64,000 bases of DNA from a virus, in the IMG/VR virus record IMGVR_UViG_3300049200_000099, positions 1-64,000 of that record. One strand, written 5' to 3'. Positions 10,538 through 19,104 of the stretch are shown here, piece after piece. A model generated the notes under the pieces. The model was not told the origin of the DNA. It made no database searches and saw only the letters and a list, made by a program, of their open reading frames with translations. Each line of letters starts with the position of its first letter. The stretch's first letter is position 1. The position numbers and the translations under genes were made by a program.

Positions 10538-11041
10538 ATGTGCAAAAAAGGTTGTAGTTGTAAAAAGTGCTGCGTAAAAGTAGTTACTAAAACTGGTCCA
10601 ATAGGACCCACAGGAAAGACTGGTAAAACTGGTCCCCAGGGTCCTATTGGACCAGCAGGTCCTGCTGGAGCAGGTGCTGAGATTACCGCCCAAATAGAAA
10701 CTTATGATCCAATTGACGGCGAAGATATTTCTGGAGCCGGATACGATGTAGTTATTCCAATTACCGTAGCTGGAAATTACATGTTTATGGGTTATCTTTT
10801 TGTAGTTGCCGCAGGATCACAAGAAATTACATTAACAAATTATAAGAATGCTGTGGCTGTTGGTATAGGCGCTGCGGCAGGAATGAATGCTGTTCATAAA
10901 ATGACTGACACGGCAAATATTCCTGTAGGAAATGGCACTTATCTTGGTCTTGTTCCTGGAGACAATTTAAAGATAAATGTTGCTTCAAGCGGAGCAGGTA
11001 AATTATTCGCTTCTGTTTTACAATTAATAAAACTACCATAA
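10538..11041 (+). CDS. collagen-like repeat tail-fibre protein
   Basis: N-terminal MCKKGCSCKKCC is followed by nine uninterrupted G-X-Y triplets (GPIGPTGKTGKTGPQGPIGPAGPAGAGA). Confidence 0.7.
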   Translation: MCKKGCSCKKCCVKVVTKTGPIGPTGKTGKTGPQGPIGPAGPAGAGAEITAQIETYDPIDGEDISGAGYDVVIPITVAGNYMFMGYLFVVAAGSQEITLTNYKNAVAVGIGAAAGMNAVHKMTDTANIPVGNGTYLGLVPGDNLKINVASSGAGKLFASVLQLIKLP

Positions 11042-11042
11042 T

Positions 11043-11891
11043 ATGAGTAAAGAAAATTGTAACGGTTGTTCAGGTTGCGGTGAAGGAAACAATTCAGCCA
11101 GTATTGCTGCTCAGATGGCAGAACTTTCTGAAACCGTTAAAGAATTGCAAGAGGCTTTAGCGCCGTTTTTAAATGACGGACACCCAATAGTGCTTATTCA
11201 GCATGCTGACGATATTGACTTGTTTGATTTTGTGACTGGACGCGGAAGTGGTGCCTATCAAAGATATGCCATGTGTACCGGTGGAACACATAAAAATTCA
11301 AAAAATAAAAATATTACCACTCCTAACTGGATTGATCGTTTTGTTGTTATGGCAGGCGGAACTTATGCTGTTGATGACACAGGAGGATCTGCTACAGTAT
11401 CATTAACGATTTCAGAAATGCCAGCACATACTCATGTGATAAATGATCCGCAGCATACGCACTTAATAAGCGACCCAGGACACTTACATGCAGTAGATGA
11501 CCCAGGACATTTACATGCAGCTTCTGGGGGAGCGCATGTGCATGGTTTTACAACTGATGCGGATGGCAACCATACACACCAGTCTCTTGGTAGTATGTTA
11601 ACTGGCCCTGATGACGGAAGCTTGTCGGCTCCTAATTTAAATGTTGCAGGAACTGTTTTTGCTGATCATCAGCCGGCAGGAAATCATACGCATACCGGAA
11701 TAACCGATGCCGCTTCTGGTTCTGTGGCTGTTGATTCCGCGTTTACCGGAATAGCAACCCTTGATGCGTTTACCGGAATTACAAATGACCCAGCTTCAAC
11801 AGGAATAACTTTAGATAATGCTGGTAGCGGTGATTCGCACGAAAACCTGCCTCCTTATTTTGCGGCCGTTTATATTATGTATTTGGGATAA
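11043..11891 (+). CDS. phage tail-collar family fibre protein with His-x-His repeat array
   Basis: GGSATVSLTISEMPAHTH and the C-terminal HENLPPYFAAVYIMY resemble tail-collar domain signatures. There are seven HxH motifs and an N-terminal CNGCSGCG. Confidence 0.65.
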   Translation: MSKENCNGCSGCGEGNNSASIAAQMAELSETVKELQEALAPFLNDGHPIVLIQHADDIDLFDFVTGRGSGAYQRYAMCTGGTHKNSKNKNITTPNWIDRFVVMAGGTYAVDDTGGSATVSLTISEMPAHTHVINDPQHTHLISDPGHLHAVDDPGHLHAASGGAHVHGFTTDADGNHTHQSLGSMLTGPDDGSLSAPNLNVAGTVFADHQPAGNHTHTGITDAASGSVAVDSAFTGIATLDAFTGITNDPASTGITLDNAGSGDSHENLPPYFAAVYIMYLG

Positions 11892-12268
11892 TGAAATTGA
11901 ACGCAATTATATGCGAGGCAAAATGCTGTTCTGCGGAACTTGGTAGAAAGCACGCCAAGGCACTGAGCGTGGGGGAAGATACCCCTAATACATTTTATGA
12001 CCTTTTGCGTATAAATGCCTACATAAGAACACTGGAACGAAACAAGGTAAAACATGAAGTTAAAAAGGGAGTAAAGCCAATAACAAGTGGCAGCGTTTCC
12101 TTTGATGCTTTGGAAAAGAAAGATTCTTTCTTAACTTTGCCCAATAAAGAAGTAGTAGTTTGTACTAAAACTGAAATACGGCCTTGCTTATCCGATGATG
12201 AAATCTGTAAAATCGTAGAAGAAATTAAACTACTCTGTTCTACGTGTCAAAATTGTAATTGTTATTAA
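11891..12268 (+). CDS. Cys-rich tail-fibre-module protein
   Basis: 125-aa ORF whose start overlaps the upstream stop. It has N-terminal CEAKCCS and C-terminal CSTCQNCNCY. Confidence 0.5.
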   Translation: MKLNAIICEAKCCSAELGRKHAKALSVGEDTPNTFYDLLRINAYIRTLERNKVKHEVKKGVKPITSGSVSFDALEKKDSFLTLPNKEVVVCTKTEIRPCLSDDEICKIVEEIKLLCSTCQNCNCY

Positions 12269-12283
12269 AAACTATTTTATAAA

Positions 12284-12613
12284 ATGGCAGCAACAACATA
12301 TACTGATTCGAAGGAATACATGAAATTCCAGAAAGAAAAATCAACCAAAGGTTGTGGATGTGAGAATAAAGATACCTGCTCATGCGAAGAGGAGTGCTCT
12401 TGTTGCCCTGTAGGCACAGTAGCTCTATATGATGATGCCGGACACCACATAGGATGTTTAACGCCAAATGATGCCGAGTTGTACGAAAAGAATACACACC
12501 TGTGTGAACAGGGGTTTGTGAAACTTATTCGCACATCAGATGGAGAATTTCTAGGGTGTGTTAGTGAAGATAAGTATGCTGAACTTTACGAAGCAATTAA
12601 TCCTCCAGCATAA
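12284..12613 (+). CDS. Cys-rich small protein
   Basis: 109-aa ORF containing the cluster GCGCENKDTCSCEEECSCCPVG. Confidence 0.5.
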   Translation: MAATTYTDSKEYMKFQKEKSTKGCGCENKDTCSCEEECSCCPVGTVALYDDAGHHIGCLTPNDAELYEKNTHLCEQGFVKLIRTSDGEFLGCVSEDKYAELYEAINPPA

Positions 12614-12638
12614 TTTTTAATTTTAAAATATACACAAA

Positions 12639-13229
12639 ATGGATATTCAAATAGCAGCAGGCTCAACATTACCAAATCCAGCAGCGGGTTACAGAACCCT
12701 TTTCATTAATACAGAAGATAGTAACATCTTGTCCTGGAAAAATAGCGACGGAACCATTGAAAGGTTTTCGGAAGATATGGACATGGACTGTTGTGCATGT
12801 GAAATTTCTAAAGTGTTGGCAGAAGCTGCCGCATGTGCCGTTAAAAGTGGTAAGTGGGATGAAACCGATTTCAAAGACTGGATCACCCAAGGCTATAATG
12901 TTAAGGTCGTGGAGACTGATGATGGCGACGGTAATAAAACGTGCGAGGTTACCGTTGGTCCTAAAACTGCTGACATTCCTCCAACAGAATTGGCTATTAT
13001 CCCTGCCGACAATACTATTGTGGTTGCTGCCACGAAGCAGTTTTATCCTCAGTTTACGCCGGCTAATACAACTGACCAAAGTGTTATTTGGATTTCAAGC
13101 GATCCTTCCAAAGCTACAGTAAGCGCAGCTGGATTAGTTACCGGCGTGGCGTTAGGAGTAGCAACTATTTACGCATATTCTGTTGCAGACAATGCAATCT
13201 CTGCTTCAAGAGTAATAACCGTGTCTTAA
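12639..13229 (+). CDS. Big_2 (bacterial Ig-like group 2) domain protein
   Basis: The C-terminal ~80 aa (TKQFYPQFTPANTTDQSVIWISSDPSKATVSAAGLVTGVALGVATIYAYS) fit the Big_2 pattern. An upstream DCCAC cluster is present. Confidence 0.6.
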   Translation: MDIQIAAGSTLPNPAAGYRTLFINTEDSNILSWKNSDGTIERFSEDMDMDCCACEISKVLAEAAACAVKSGKWDETDFKDWITQGYNVKVVETDDGDGNKTCEVTVGPKTADIPPTELAIIPADNTIVVAATKQFYPQFTPANTTDQSVIWISSDPSKATVSAAGLVTGVALGVATIYAYSVADNAISASRVITVS

Positions 13230-13233
13230 AAGC

Positions 13234-13440
13234 ATGGACTACAAAAGGATAAAGTTTGATTGGAAGGCCCTTGCTGCAACAGCGCTTATAGTAAGCATGT
13301 GGTATGATCTAAAAACAGATTTTTCGGTTCACAAAGAAGAGCATAAGTTGATTGAATATAGAATAGTAGAACTTGAAAGATTAAACCACCAGGCAATATT
13401 GCCAAAGGGAACAAAAATAGAACACGCTGGTTATCGGTAA
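13234..13440 (+). CDS. small membrane protein (one hydrophobic helix)
   Basis: 68-aa ORF with a hydrophobic stretch ALAATALIVSMWY. Packed 4 nt after the upstream stop. Confidence 0.45.
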   Translation: MDYKRIKFDWKALAATALIVSMWYDLKTDFSVHKEEHKLIEYRIVELERLNHQAILPKGTKIEHAGYR

Positions 13441-13469
13441 TAAAATGGTTAACTCTAAATAATTTTTAC

Positions 13470-15197
13470 ATGAGCAAATTAATAGCAGTAACAGTAGAAA
13501 CACGCAATGGCGTAGATATTGGTGGCGAAGTTCGCGGATTTGATGTTGATGATATCATATCGCCAATAAAAGTAAACCTTGCCGGTAACACGGAGTTTAC
13601 AACCAGGATGTCGAAAGATATAGATAGCCAGAATCGTAACAGAGGAAGGGCAATTTATGAAGTGTCTGAAACTCTTGGTGCCATTGACGCTTTATCGTAT
13701 GATCTTATTAAATTAACCGTTATCAGAAGAAAAAATGAAACAGTTGCTTCTGTTGATTATGTGTTTGTTATTTCTAAAATTCAGGAATCGCTTATCACAA
13801 CAGGTAGCGGAACTAAATTTTCATACTTAGAAGAGGGTGATCCAAATCCTGTAGAATATGAAGTTTCTGATACCCTAGCGGCAATTATAGGGGTTATGCC
13901 GATTGCGCCGGCATCATTTGATAATGGATTAACTCAAACCGGAATGGTAGTTCAGTTGGGAGGTCCTCTTGTTCAAAATACAAATATTGATTTTGATGTA
14001 TTCAGTTTATCGTTTAGCAGTGTTCCGCTAGGATTATTAACAGATTGGGCGTTAACCGTAGATGGTAGCGGAAACATCAGAAGTATTCCGGTTTCATCTA
14101 TGTCGGGAATAACAAATTCTGCCGGAGCTAACGTTATTACTAAGTCTGACGGTACTAACCTGGTTGCTTCAACTATTTTAGATGATGGAGCTGGTAATAT
14201 TGATTTTGGTACAGATGGCCAGGTTAATATAAATGGCGGATCTAATTTAGGATATACGTTTTCTGTAGTTCAGGAATCTGTAGGATTCAGGGTAATGGAT
14301 GTACATAATGCCAATACTTCTAAAAAATTAGTTTCAATTGAGGATAATCTTGTAAATGGGTACGTTATATTGGCCGATAACACCATGGAAGTAAATGCTT
14401 ACAGCCATCACGTAGGTATTGGAATAATGTCTAACGCGTTTTCTCGTTTACGCGTTTACCAAGATGCCGCTGTTACGGATATAGTTGCTTTTCAGCCAGC
14501 TGTAGGTACCGGCGGAACATACATATCTGCTGACATTGTTACCGGAGCGCCGTTTTTATCAATGCAGGATCCAACTGCTGTTACTACATTATTAATAAAT
14601 GGAGACGGTGATTCTTATTTTAATGGCGGATCATTAGCAATTGGGGCACTTACAGTAGATGCAAGTGCAATTCTTGATCTTGTATCTACAACAAAAGGAT
14701 TGTTGATCCCGCGCATGACAACGGCCCAGAAAAATGCTATTGCTGATGAAGAGGCTTTACTGGTTTATGATACTGATCTGGGTGACTTCGATTATAACGA
14801 TGGTGCCGATTGGCAGAGTGTAGGTAAATATGAAGCGCTTTGTATTCCGGCAAGCGATGAAGTGACAGCGCTTGCAACAGGTGCCGGCAAAATGACCTTT
14901 CACATGCCTTATGCCATGAAATTGTCAGAAGTATTTGCAGGGCTTACAACGCCACAGGCCGCAAATGGCGGCGGCGGAATATTTACTGTAGATGTAAATG
15001 AAGCAGGCTCCTCTATATTGTCAACAGAAATTACCATCGATAATACAGAGGAGACATCTTTAACTGCGGCTACGCCTCCAGTTATCTCAGATGTTGATCT
15101 AGCTAAAGGTGCTAAAATAACTATTGATATAGATCAAATTGGTGATGGGTCGGCAAAAGGATTAAAAGTTTACTTAATAGGTAGAAGGATATCGTAA
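13470..15197 (+). CDS. tail fibre / receptor-binding-like protein
   Basis: 575-aa ORF in the fibre cluster. It is Gly/Ser/Thr/Asn-rich with beta-type composition. No enzyme motif seen. Confidence 0.5.
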   Translation: MSKLIAVTVETRNGVDIGGEVRGFDVDDIISPIKVNLAGNTEFTTRMSKDIDSQNRNRGRAIYEVSETLGAIDALSYDLIKLTVIRRKNETVASVDYVFVISKIQESLITTGSGTKFSYLEEGDPNPVEYEVSDTLAAIIGVMPIAPASFDNGLTQTGMVVQLGGPLVQNTNIDFDVFSLSFSSVPLGLLTDWALTVDGSGNIRSIPVSSMSGITNSAGANVITKSDGTNLVASTILDDGAGNIDFGTDGQVNINGGSNLGYTFSVVQESVGFRVMDVHNANTSKKLVSIEDNLVNGYVILADNTMEVNAYSHHVGIGIMSNAFSRLRVYQDAAVTDIVAFQPAVGTGGTYISADIVTGAPFLSMQDPTAVTTLLINGDGDSYFNGGSLAIGALTVDASAILDLVSTTKGLLIPRMTTAQKNAIADEEALLVYDTDLGDFDYNDGADWQSVGKYEALCIPASDEVTALATGAGKMTFHMPYAMKLSEVFAGLTTPQAANGGGGIFTVDVNEAGSSILSTEITIDNTEETSLTAATPPVISDVDLAKGAKITIDIDQIGDGSAKGLKVYLIGRRIS

Positions 15198-15779
15198 ATG
15201 TTTATTTTAAACTCTCACATACTACGACCAGCATCAATAATTTACTCTGAGAATTTTGATGCTGCTGCCGTTTCCACAGTACCAGGCGGGTCTGTTTACA
15301 AGTTCCCAGCAAGTTGGACTTCCCCAGCTGGTTCGCCTGCTGATCCAACAAGTACTGAATGGCAGGTGTTTGATGATGGTGGAACTTACCCTCCATACTC
15401 GGATGACGGCGGTGTTGGCGTTCCTGGCGCAAGCGGATTGCGGAGTTTGGTGTTTTTAAATTTAACCGCATTGACCGAAAGCGTTGTTTCAGAACCATTT
15501 TCTACTTTAGATAAAACAAACATAACCCTTGATCTTTTACAATACCGAGATATTGGCACGACCGCTGGCCTTATAGTTGAATGGTCAGATGATAATATGA
15601 ATTGGAATGCGTTGACATTTAACAACGTTACGGATACTGCGCAATGGTTAGCCGCCGCAACTGTTAACCTGCCTGCCGGCGCAGAAAATAAGGCTAATAT
15701 TTACCTGAGATTAACGGCTACGGGTGATTTGTCTGGGTTAATTATGGCCATAGATGATATCGTGGTTAAAGGAATTTAA
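15198..15779 (+). CDS. hypothetical protein of the fibre cluster
   Basis: 193-aa ORF. Its ATG directly follows the upstream TAA. Confidence 0.5.
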   Translation: MFILNSHILRPASIIYSENFDAAAVSTVPGGSVYKFPASWTSPAGSPADPTSTEWQVFDDGGTYPPYSDDGGVGVPGASGLRSLVFLNLTALTESVVSEPFSTLDKTNITLDLLQYRDIGTTAGLIVEWSDDNMNWNALTFNNVTDTAQWLAAATVNLPAGAENKANIYLRLTATGDLSGLIMAIDDIVVKGI

Positions 15780-15780
15780 T

Positions 15781-15788
15781 TATATTTG
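15781..15788 (+). promoter_or_regulatory. candidate -7 box TATATTTG
   Basis: TAnnTTTG match in an intergenic gap, 25 nt upstream of the ATG at 15813. Confidence 0.4.
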
Positions 15789-15812
15789 TTTTAAAAAAGA
15801 AACCCAGGATTT

Positions 15813-16217
15813 ATGAAAAAGACTTACGAACAGATTTTAAACTTTTGGAATGAGGCACAGAGTTACCTTGTTGCCAAAAAAGATGACAAAGTAACGCGTG
15901 CAATAATGATGATGGTGGGCCAGCCGACTAAAAAGCGTCCTGGGCAACTCTCTTCAATTTTTGCGAATTATAATGATGAAGCGGCCAAAATCGACATTAA
16001 GTATTGTCACGTTGATCCAAATACAAAAGTTATTACCAGAGATGGTAATAATAATTTGCAGTTTACACAGGATTCAATGAACAAGCGCAATGCGGAAAAG
16101 GCGAAGCTAAAAGACAAGGAATTTGAATTTGAGCCATGTTATGTAAATAAAGAAGATTTGCCGGCCGACCTTGATGATTACCAGATAAAAGTATTCACAG
16201 GCTTTATAATTGAGTAG
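15813..16217 (+). CDS. hypothetical protein
   Basis: 134-aa ORF with an ATG start and a candidate promoter just upstream. Confidence 0.5.
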   Translation: MKKTYEQILNFWNEAQSYLVAKKDDKVTRAIMMMVGQPTKKRPGQLSSIFANYNDEAAKIDIKYCHVDPNTKVITRDGNNNLQFTQDSMNKRNAEKAKLKDKEFEFEPCYVNKEDLPADLDDYQIKVFTGFIIE

Positions 16218-16238
16218 CCTGTTTTAAAAATATAAACC

Positions 16239-16553
16239 ATGACTTACCAAATAGTTTTAGGCGCTAGCAGCCTTTCAATCACCGCAGATCCGGTACTTAA
16301 TAACATTGCTACCGTTATTCCGTATGATGTTATTTCTTTGGTGCATGGTGCCTTTTCCCAAAAGCCGGTAACAGCACAGGACGGGGAATGGATTTATAAG
16401 TATGACACAATCACCGAGCTTATCATCGAAAAGAATGATGGTGGAGCGCCGTTGAGAGTGGAATTACAAGAAGTTTCAAACCAGGCTACCTGGGATGGTG
16501 GCACGCTTACTGATTTACAAACAGCAATAGCTGCTATACAGGCACTAATATAA
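16239..16553 (+). CDS. hypothetical protein
   Basis: 104-aa ORF, same-strand packed. Confidence 0.5.
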   Translation: MTYQIVLGASSLSITADPVLNNIATVIPYDVISLVHGAFSQKPVTAQDGEWIYKYDTITELIIEKNDGGAPLRVELQEVSNQATWDGGTLTDLQTAIAAIQALI

Positions 16554-16560
16554 AAACCGC

Positions 16561-16830
16561 ATGGAAGGAATAGTAAAAACAATAGAGTGCCCGCGTATTG
16601 AGCCGGCCGACAACGGAGTGATAATTTGTTATGATGAGCGTATCACTCATCCAGCAAAGAAAGGTGAGACCTACCGTAATACCGAATATACATCACGCAA
16701 AGAAGTTTTTGATTTTGACGCTGATGAGGACCAGGATGAAGAGTTCGAAAAAGCCTTTACTCGATTTAAAGAATTGTGGCAACAGGCGTCCAAAGACAAA
16801 AAAGTCAAGGATAAAATGAAAGGATATTAA
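16561..16830 (+). CDS. hypothetical acidic protein
   Basis: 89-aa ORF, the last gene before the convergent terminator. Confidence 0.5.
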   Translation: MEGIVKTIECPRIEPADNGVIICYDERITHPAKKGETYRNTEYTSRKEVFDFDADEDQDEEFEKAFTRFKELWQQASKDKKVKDKMKGY

Positions 16831-16834
16831 AAAT

Positions 16835-16862
16835 AAAACCCCGACTTGTGATCGGGGTTTTT
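16835..16862. terminator. bidirectional rho-independent terminator
   Basis: AAAA-CCCCGA-cttgtga-TCGGGG-TTTTT lies between convergent genes ending at 16830 (+) and 16866 (-). Confidence 0.75.
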
Positions 16863-16865
16863 AAT

Positions 16866-17321
16866 TTAGTTACCTTCTGCAAGAAAATCAGGAGCGCCAG
16901 GAAACTTTCCTATGTGATGCCCGGGTGGATTATTTTCTCCTAATGCAGCTTTTGATTCCATGCCGCTTATGGCCGATTCTTTTAGCTCAGGATTAGTGAT
17001 CTCGTTCTTTTGATCACTAAGTACCTTTTGTGTTGCATCGGCGTTCTGATGCATTTTAGTAGGGGTTGTCTCGGTTTTTCTCTCGCTGTTTTCAAGATAA
17101 TTTACCTTCAACTCAAACGGAATATCGTAAGCCACTATAATGTTTAACACATCAAACATTGTAGCCTTGTAATTTGATATCTCCTTTTTTGAGCCTTCCA
17201 TTTTCAGGAGTTCTTTTTTAGCCTGGTCAGGCGTCATATTCAGAATTTCCTTACACATTTCATTAAAAAGATCATTGGCATCATCAGCCGAATTGATCTT
17301 TATGTATTTTATTTCTGCCAT
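16866..17321 (-). CDS. hypothetical protein
   Basis: The listed ORF starts with GTG at 17348, inside the upstream gene. The ATG at 17321 (MAEIKYIK) removes that overlap. Confidence 0.5.
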   Translation of the reverse strand: MAEIKYIKINSADDANDLFNEMCKEILNMTPDQAKKELLKMEGSKKEISNYKATMFDVLNIIVAYDIPFELKVNYLENSERKTETTPTKMHQNADATQKVLSDQKNEITNPELKESAISGMESKAALGENNPPGHHIGKFPGAPDFLAEGN

Positions 17322-17331
17322 GGTTTTTTCT

Positions 17332-18099
17332 TTAGAACGGAAGATCACTTTTACCGAATGGATTGGTTCCCTGGTTTCCAGTGAAATTCTGTTGTTGATT
17401 ATTACCCTGTTGGAAATTATTTCCTTGCTGGTTCATGTTACCCTGCTGAAAATTTTGGCCAGCACCGTTGTTCTGGCTTTGTCCTTGTTGTTGATTATTA
17501 CCCTGTTGGAAATTATTTCCTTGCTGGTTCATGTTACCCTGCTGAAAATTTTGGCCAGCACCGTTGTTCTGGCTTTGTCCTTGTTGGTGATTTTGCATTG
17601 GCTGGTTAGTTTGACCCTGGTTGTTTTGCGCAGGCTGATCATTCTTTATCGGCAAGCCATATTTCTGGACCATCTGTGCATAAGGAATAGCGTTACGATC
17701 AACGCCAACTTCCCACGTGTGGTAGGAATTGTTCTTGTAGAATGGAGTGCCAGGAGGTGTTCCCTTTTTGTGTTTTTTCCCGCAATACTTAATGAAAATA
17801 AAGCTGCCTATTTGAAGAGTGGCCATTCTTTCGTCAAGAATTTTGTCGCCAATTACACCATACACTACACCCAAGGATCCGTCCTGTGGATTTAATGTGT
17901 GGATCAGGTAAAGGTTGTAAGGTTTATTATCGTACTGCGGCGACCCTGGCATGTCGATCACCTTTGCATAATATCCTTCACGGATACCATCGTTTGTCAT
18001 TTGAAAGCCATTGCTTTCTTTCATTTGCGGTTCCCAGCGCGTGCTGTCAAGCTGTGCGCCGCCGCCTACTGCTTCGTAGTTGCGTTGTCCTGGATTCAT
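17332..18099 (-). CDS. putative ssDNA-binding protein (SSB-like architecture)
   Basis: A ~160-aa globular N-domain is followed by a ~90-aa Q/N/G-rich linker and a C-terminal tip GKSDLPF, resembling the bacterial SSB tail DDDIPF. It lies in the replication module. Confidence 0.45.
   Translation of the reverse strand: MNPGQRNYEAVGGGAQLDSTRWEPQMKESNGFQMTNDGIREGYYAKVIDMPGSPQYDNKPYNLYLIHTLNPQDGSLGVVYGVIGDKILDERMATLQIGSFIFIKYCGKKHKKGTPPGTPFYKNNSYHTWEVGVDRNAIPYAQMVQKYGLPIKNDQPAQNNQGQTNQPMQNHQQGQSQNNGAGQNFQQGNMNQQGNNFQQGNNQQQGQSQNNGAGQNFQQGNMNQQGNNFQQGNNQQQNFTGNQGTNPFGKSDLPF
17390..17586. repeat. perfect 96-bp tandem duplication (2.05 copies)
   Basis: 17390-17490 is identical to 17486-17586. Each copy encodes QQGQSQNNGAGQNFQQGNMNQQGNNFQQGNNQ within the SSB-like linker. 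Confidence 0.95.
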
Positions 18100-18126
18100 T
18101 GTTTCTTTTGGTTTTTATGGTTTTGT

Positions 18127-18420
18127 TTAATTATTATTACTGTGCTCCCATGGCTTCTTTTCTTCGGCCAACGGAATTTCTTTTTTTGCTCTTTTTCGGG
18201 CCGGCTTGCTGTTGATCTCTGCCCGAATATTAATTACCAATTTTTTAAGTGGGTAAAAATCGTTCTGCTCAAAATCCTTGATGTCCCTTTTCAACCGGCG
18301 GGAAGCCTCATCGTTATCCAAGTACTCCAGCTTCGCGGCATCAGCGCTAAGCCTGGTAAGGGCAACAATGGCTTTATCCAACGAAGGAAGTATTTCTCTT
18401 ATTTTATTAGCCCCGTTCAT
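18127..18420 (-). CDS. hypothetical protein
   Basis: 97-aa ORF in the minus-strand operon. Confidence 0.45.
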   Translation of the reverse strand: MNGANKIREILPSLDKAIVALTRLSADAAKLEYLDNDEASRRLKRDIKDFEQNDFYPLKKLVINIRAEINSKPARKRAKKEIPLAEEKKPWEHSNNN

Positions 18421-18712
18421 ATTTTAGTTTCAATTTTTCCCTGACTTCATCTGGGTTATACTCCTGCCCAGGATTCTGTACTAAAAGTTGCATTCGTACT
18501 TTAATGCCCAGGTTTTCCAATATTTTTTCAAACTGCTCCTCTGTTACTTTAAATTCCTTATTCTCGATACTATTGATGTAGGCCTCCATAAAGTGCTTGT
18601 AGCTGAGATCAACATCTGTACATATATATCGGAAAGGTATGTCAAGTGCATGGGAGCGCTGTACTATTAATTTTTTTAATTCTTTGCTTCCTAAATATTT
18701 TTCTAAACTCAT
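18407..18712 (-). CDS. hypothetical protein
   Basis: 101-aa ORF with a 14-nt overlap with the downstream gene. Confidence 0.45.
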   Translation of the reverse strand: MSLEKYLGSKELKKLIVQRSHALDIPFRYICTDVDLSYKHFMEAYINSIENKEFKVTEEQFEKILENLGIKVRMQLLVQNPGQEYNPDEVREKLKLKYERG

Positions 18713-19062
18713 TATGCACGCTTAACCACTACCCGGGCGCTCATGCGATCTATAAAGCTTGTGTAATCCTCCGCAATAAGCATGGTAGGTAATTTTAACT
18801 TATCATCATTGTTGTCGGAATCACCGCTAGTTCCGGCGTCAGCAGGCCTAGCATCATCATTTTTGGTGGGATGACCATAAAACACGATCAGGGTAGCCTC
18901 GCCGGCGAAAGTATCCGATTTGCCTTTATGCCATGATCTGAAAGTTTTGATGTCTTTTACGTTAATAGTTTCTTTAACAACTGATTGTTCGCTACGCCTA
19001 TTGGTTATGACGCGTCTTACCTCTATGAATTCCATAAATGAGTCTTTATTTTCAGCAAACAT
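18712..19062 (-). CDS. hypothetical protein
   Basis: 116-aa ORF whose stop overlaps the next start. Confidence 0.45.
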   Translation of the reverse strand: MFAENKDSFMEFIEVRRVITNRRSEQSVVKETINVKDIKTFRSWHKGKSDTFAGEATLIVFYGHPTKNDDARPADAGTSGDSDNNDDKLKLPTMLIAEDYTSFIDRMSARVVVKRA

Positions 19063-19104
19063 ACCAATTTTTATCGTAATTTCTTTAAAAACACCAGAAC
19101 TTTT

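Noticed and set aside
12669-13122. ORFs 12669..13079 (-), 12689..12886 (-) and 12757..13122 (+) overlapping the Big_2 gene
   Set aside because: The main frame carries the Big_2 signature and is operon-packed. The alternatives have no motifs.
17275-17895. 206-aa plus-strand ORF antisense to the SSB-like gene
   Set aside because: It is generated by the stop-free 96-bp tandem repeat and the CAA/CAG-rich linker. Its repetitive hydrophobic translation mirrors the repeat.
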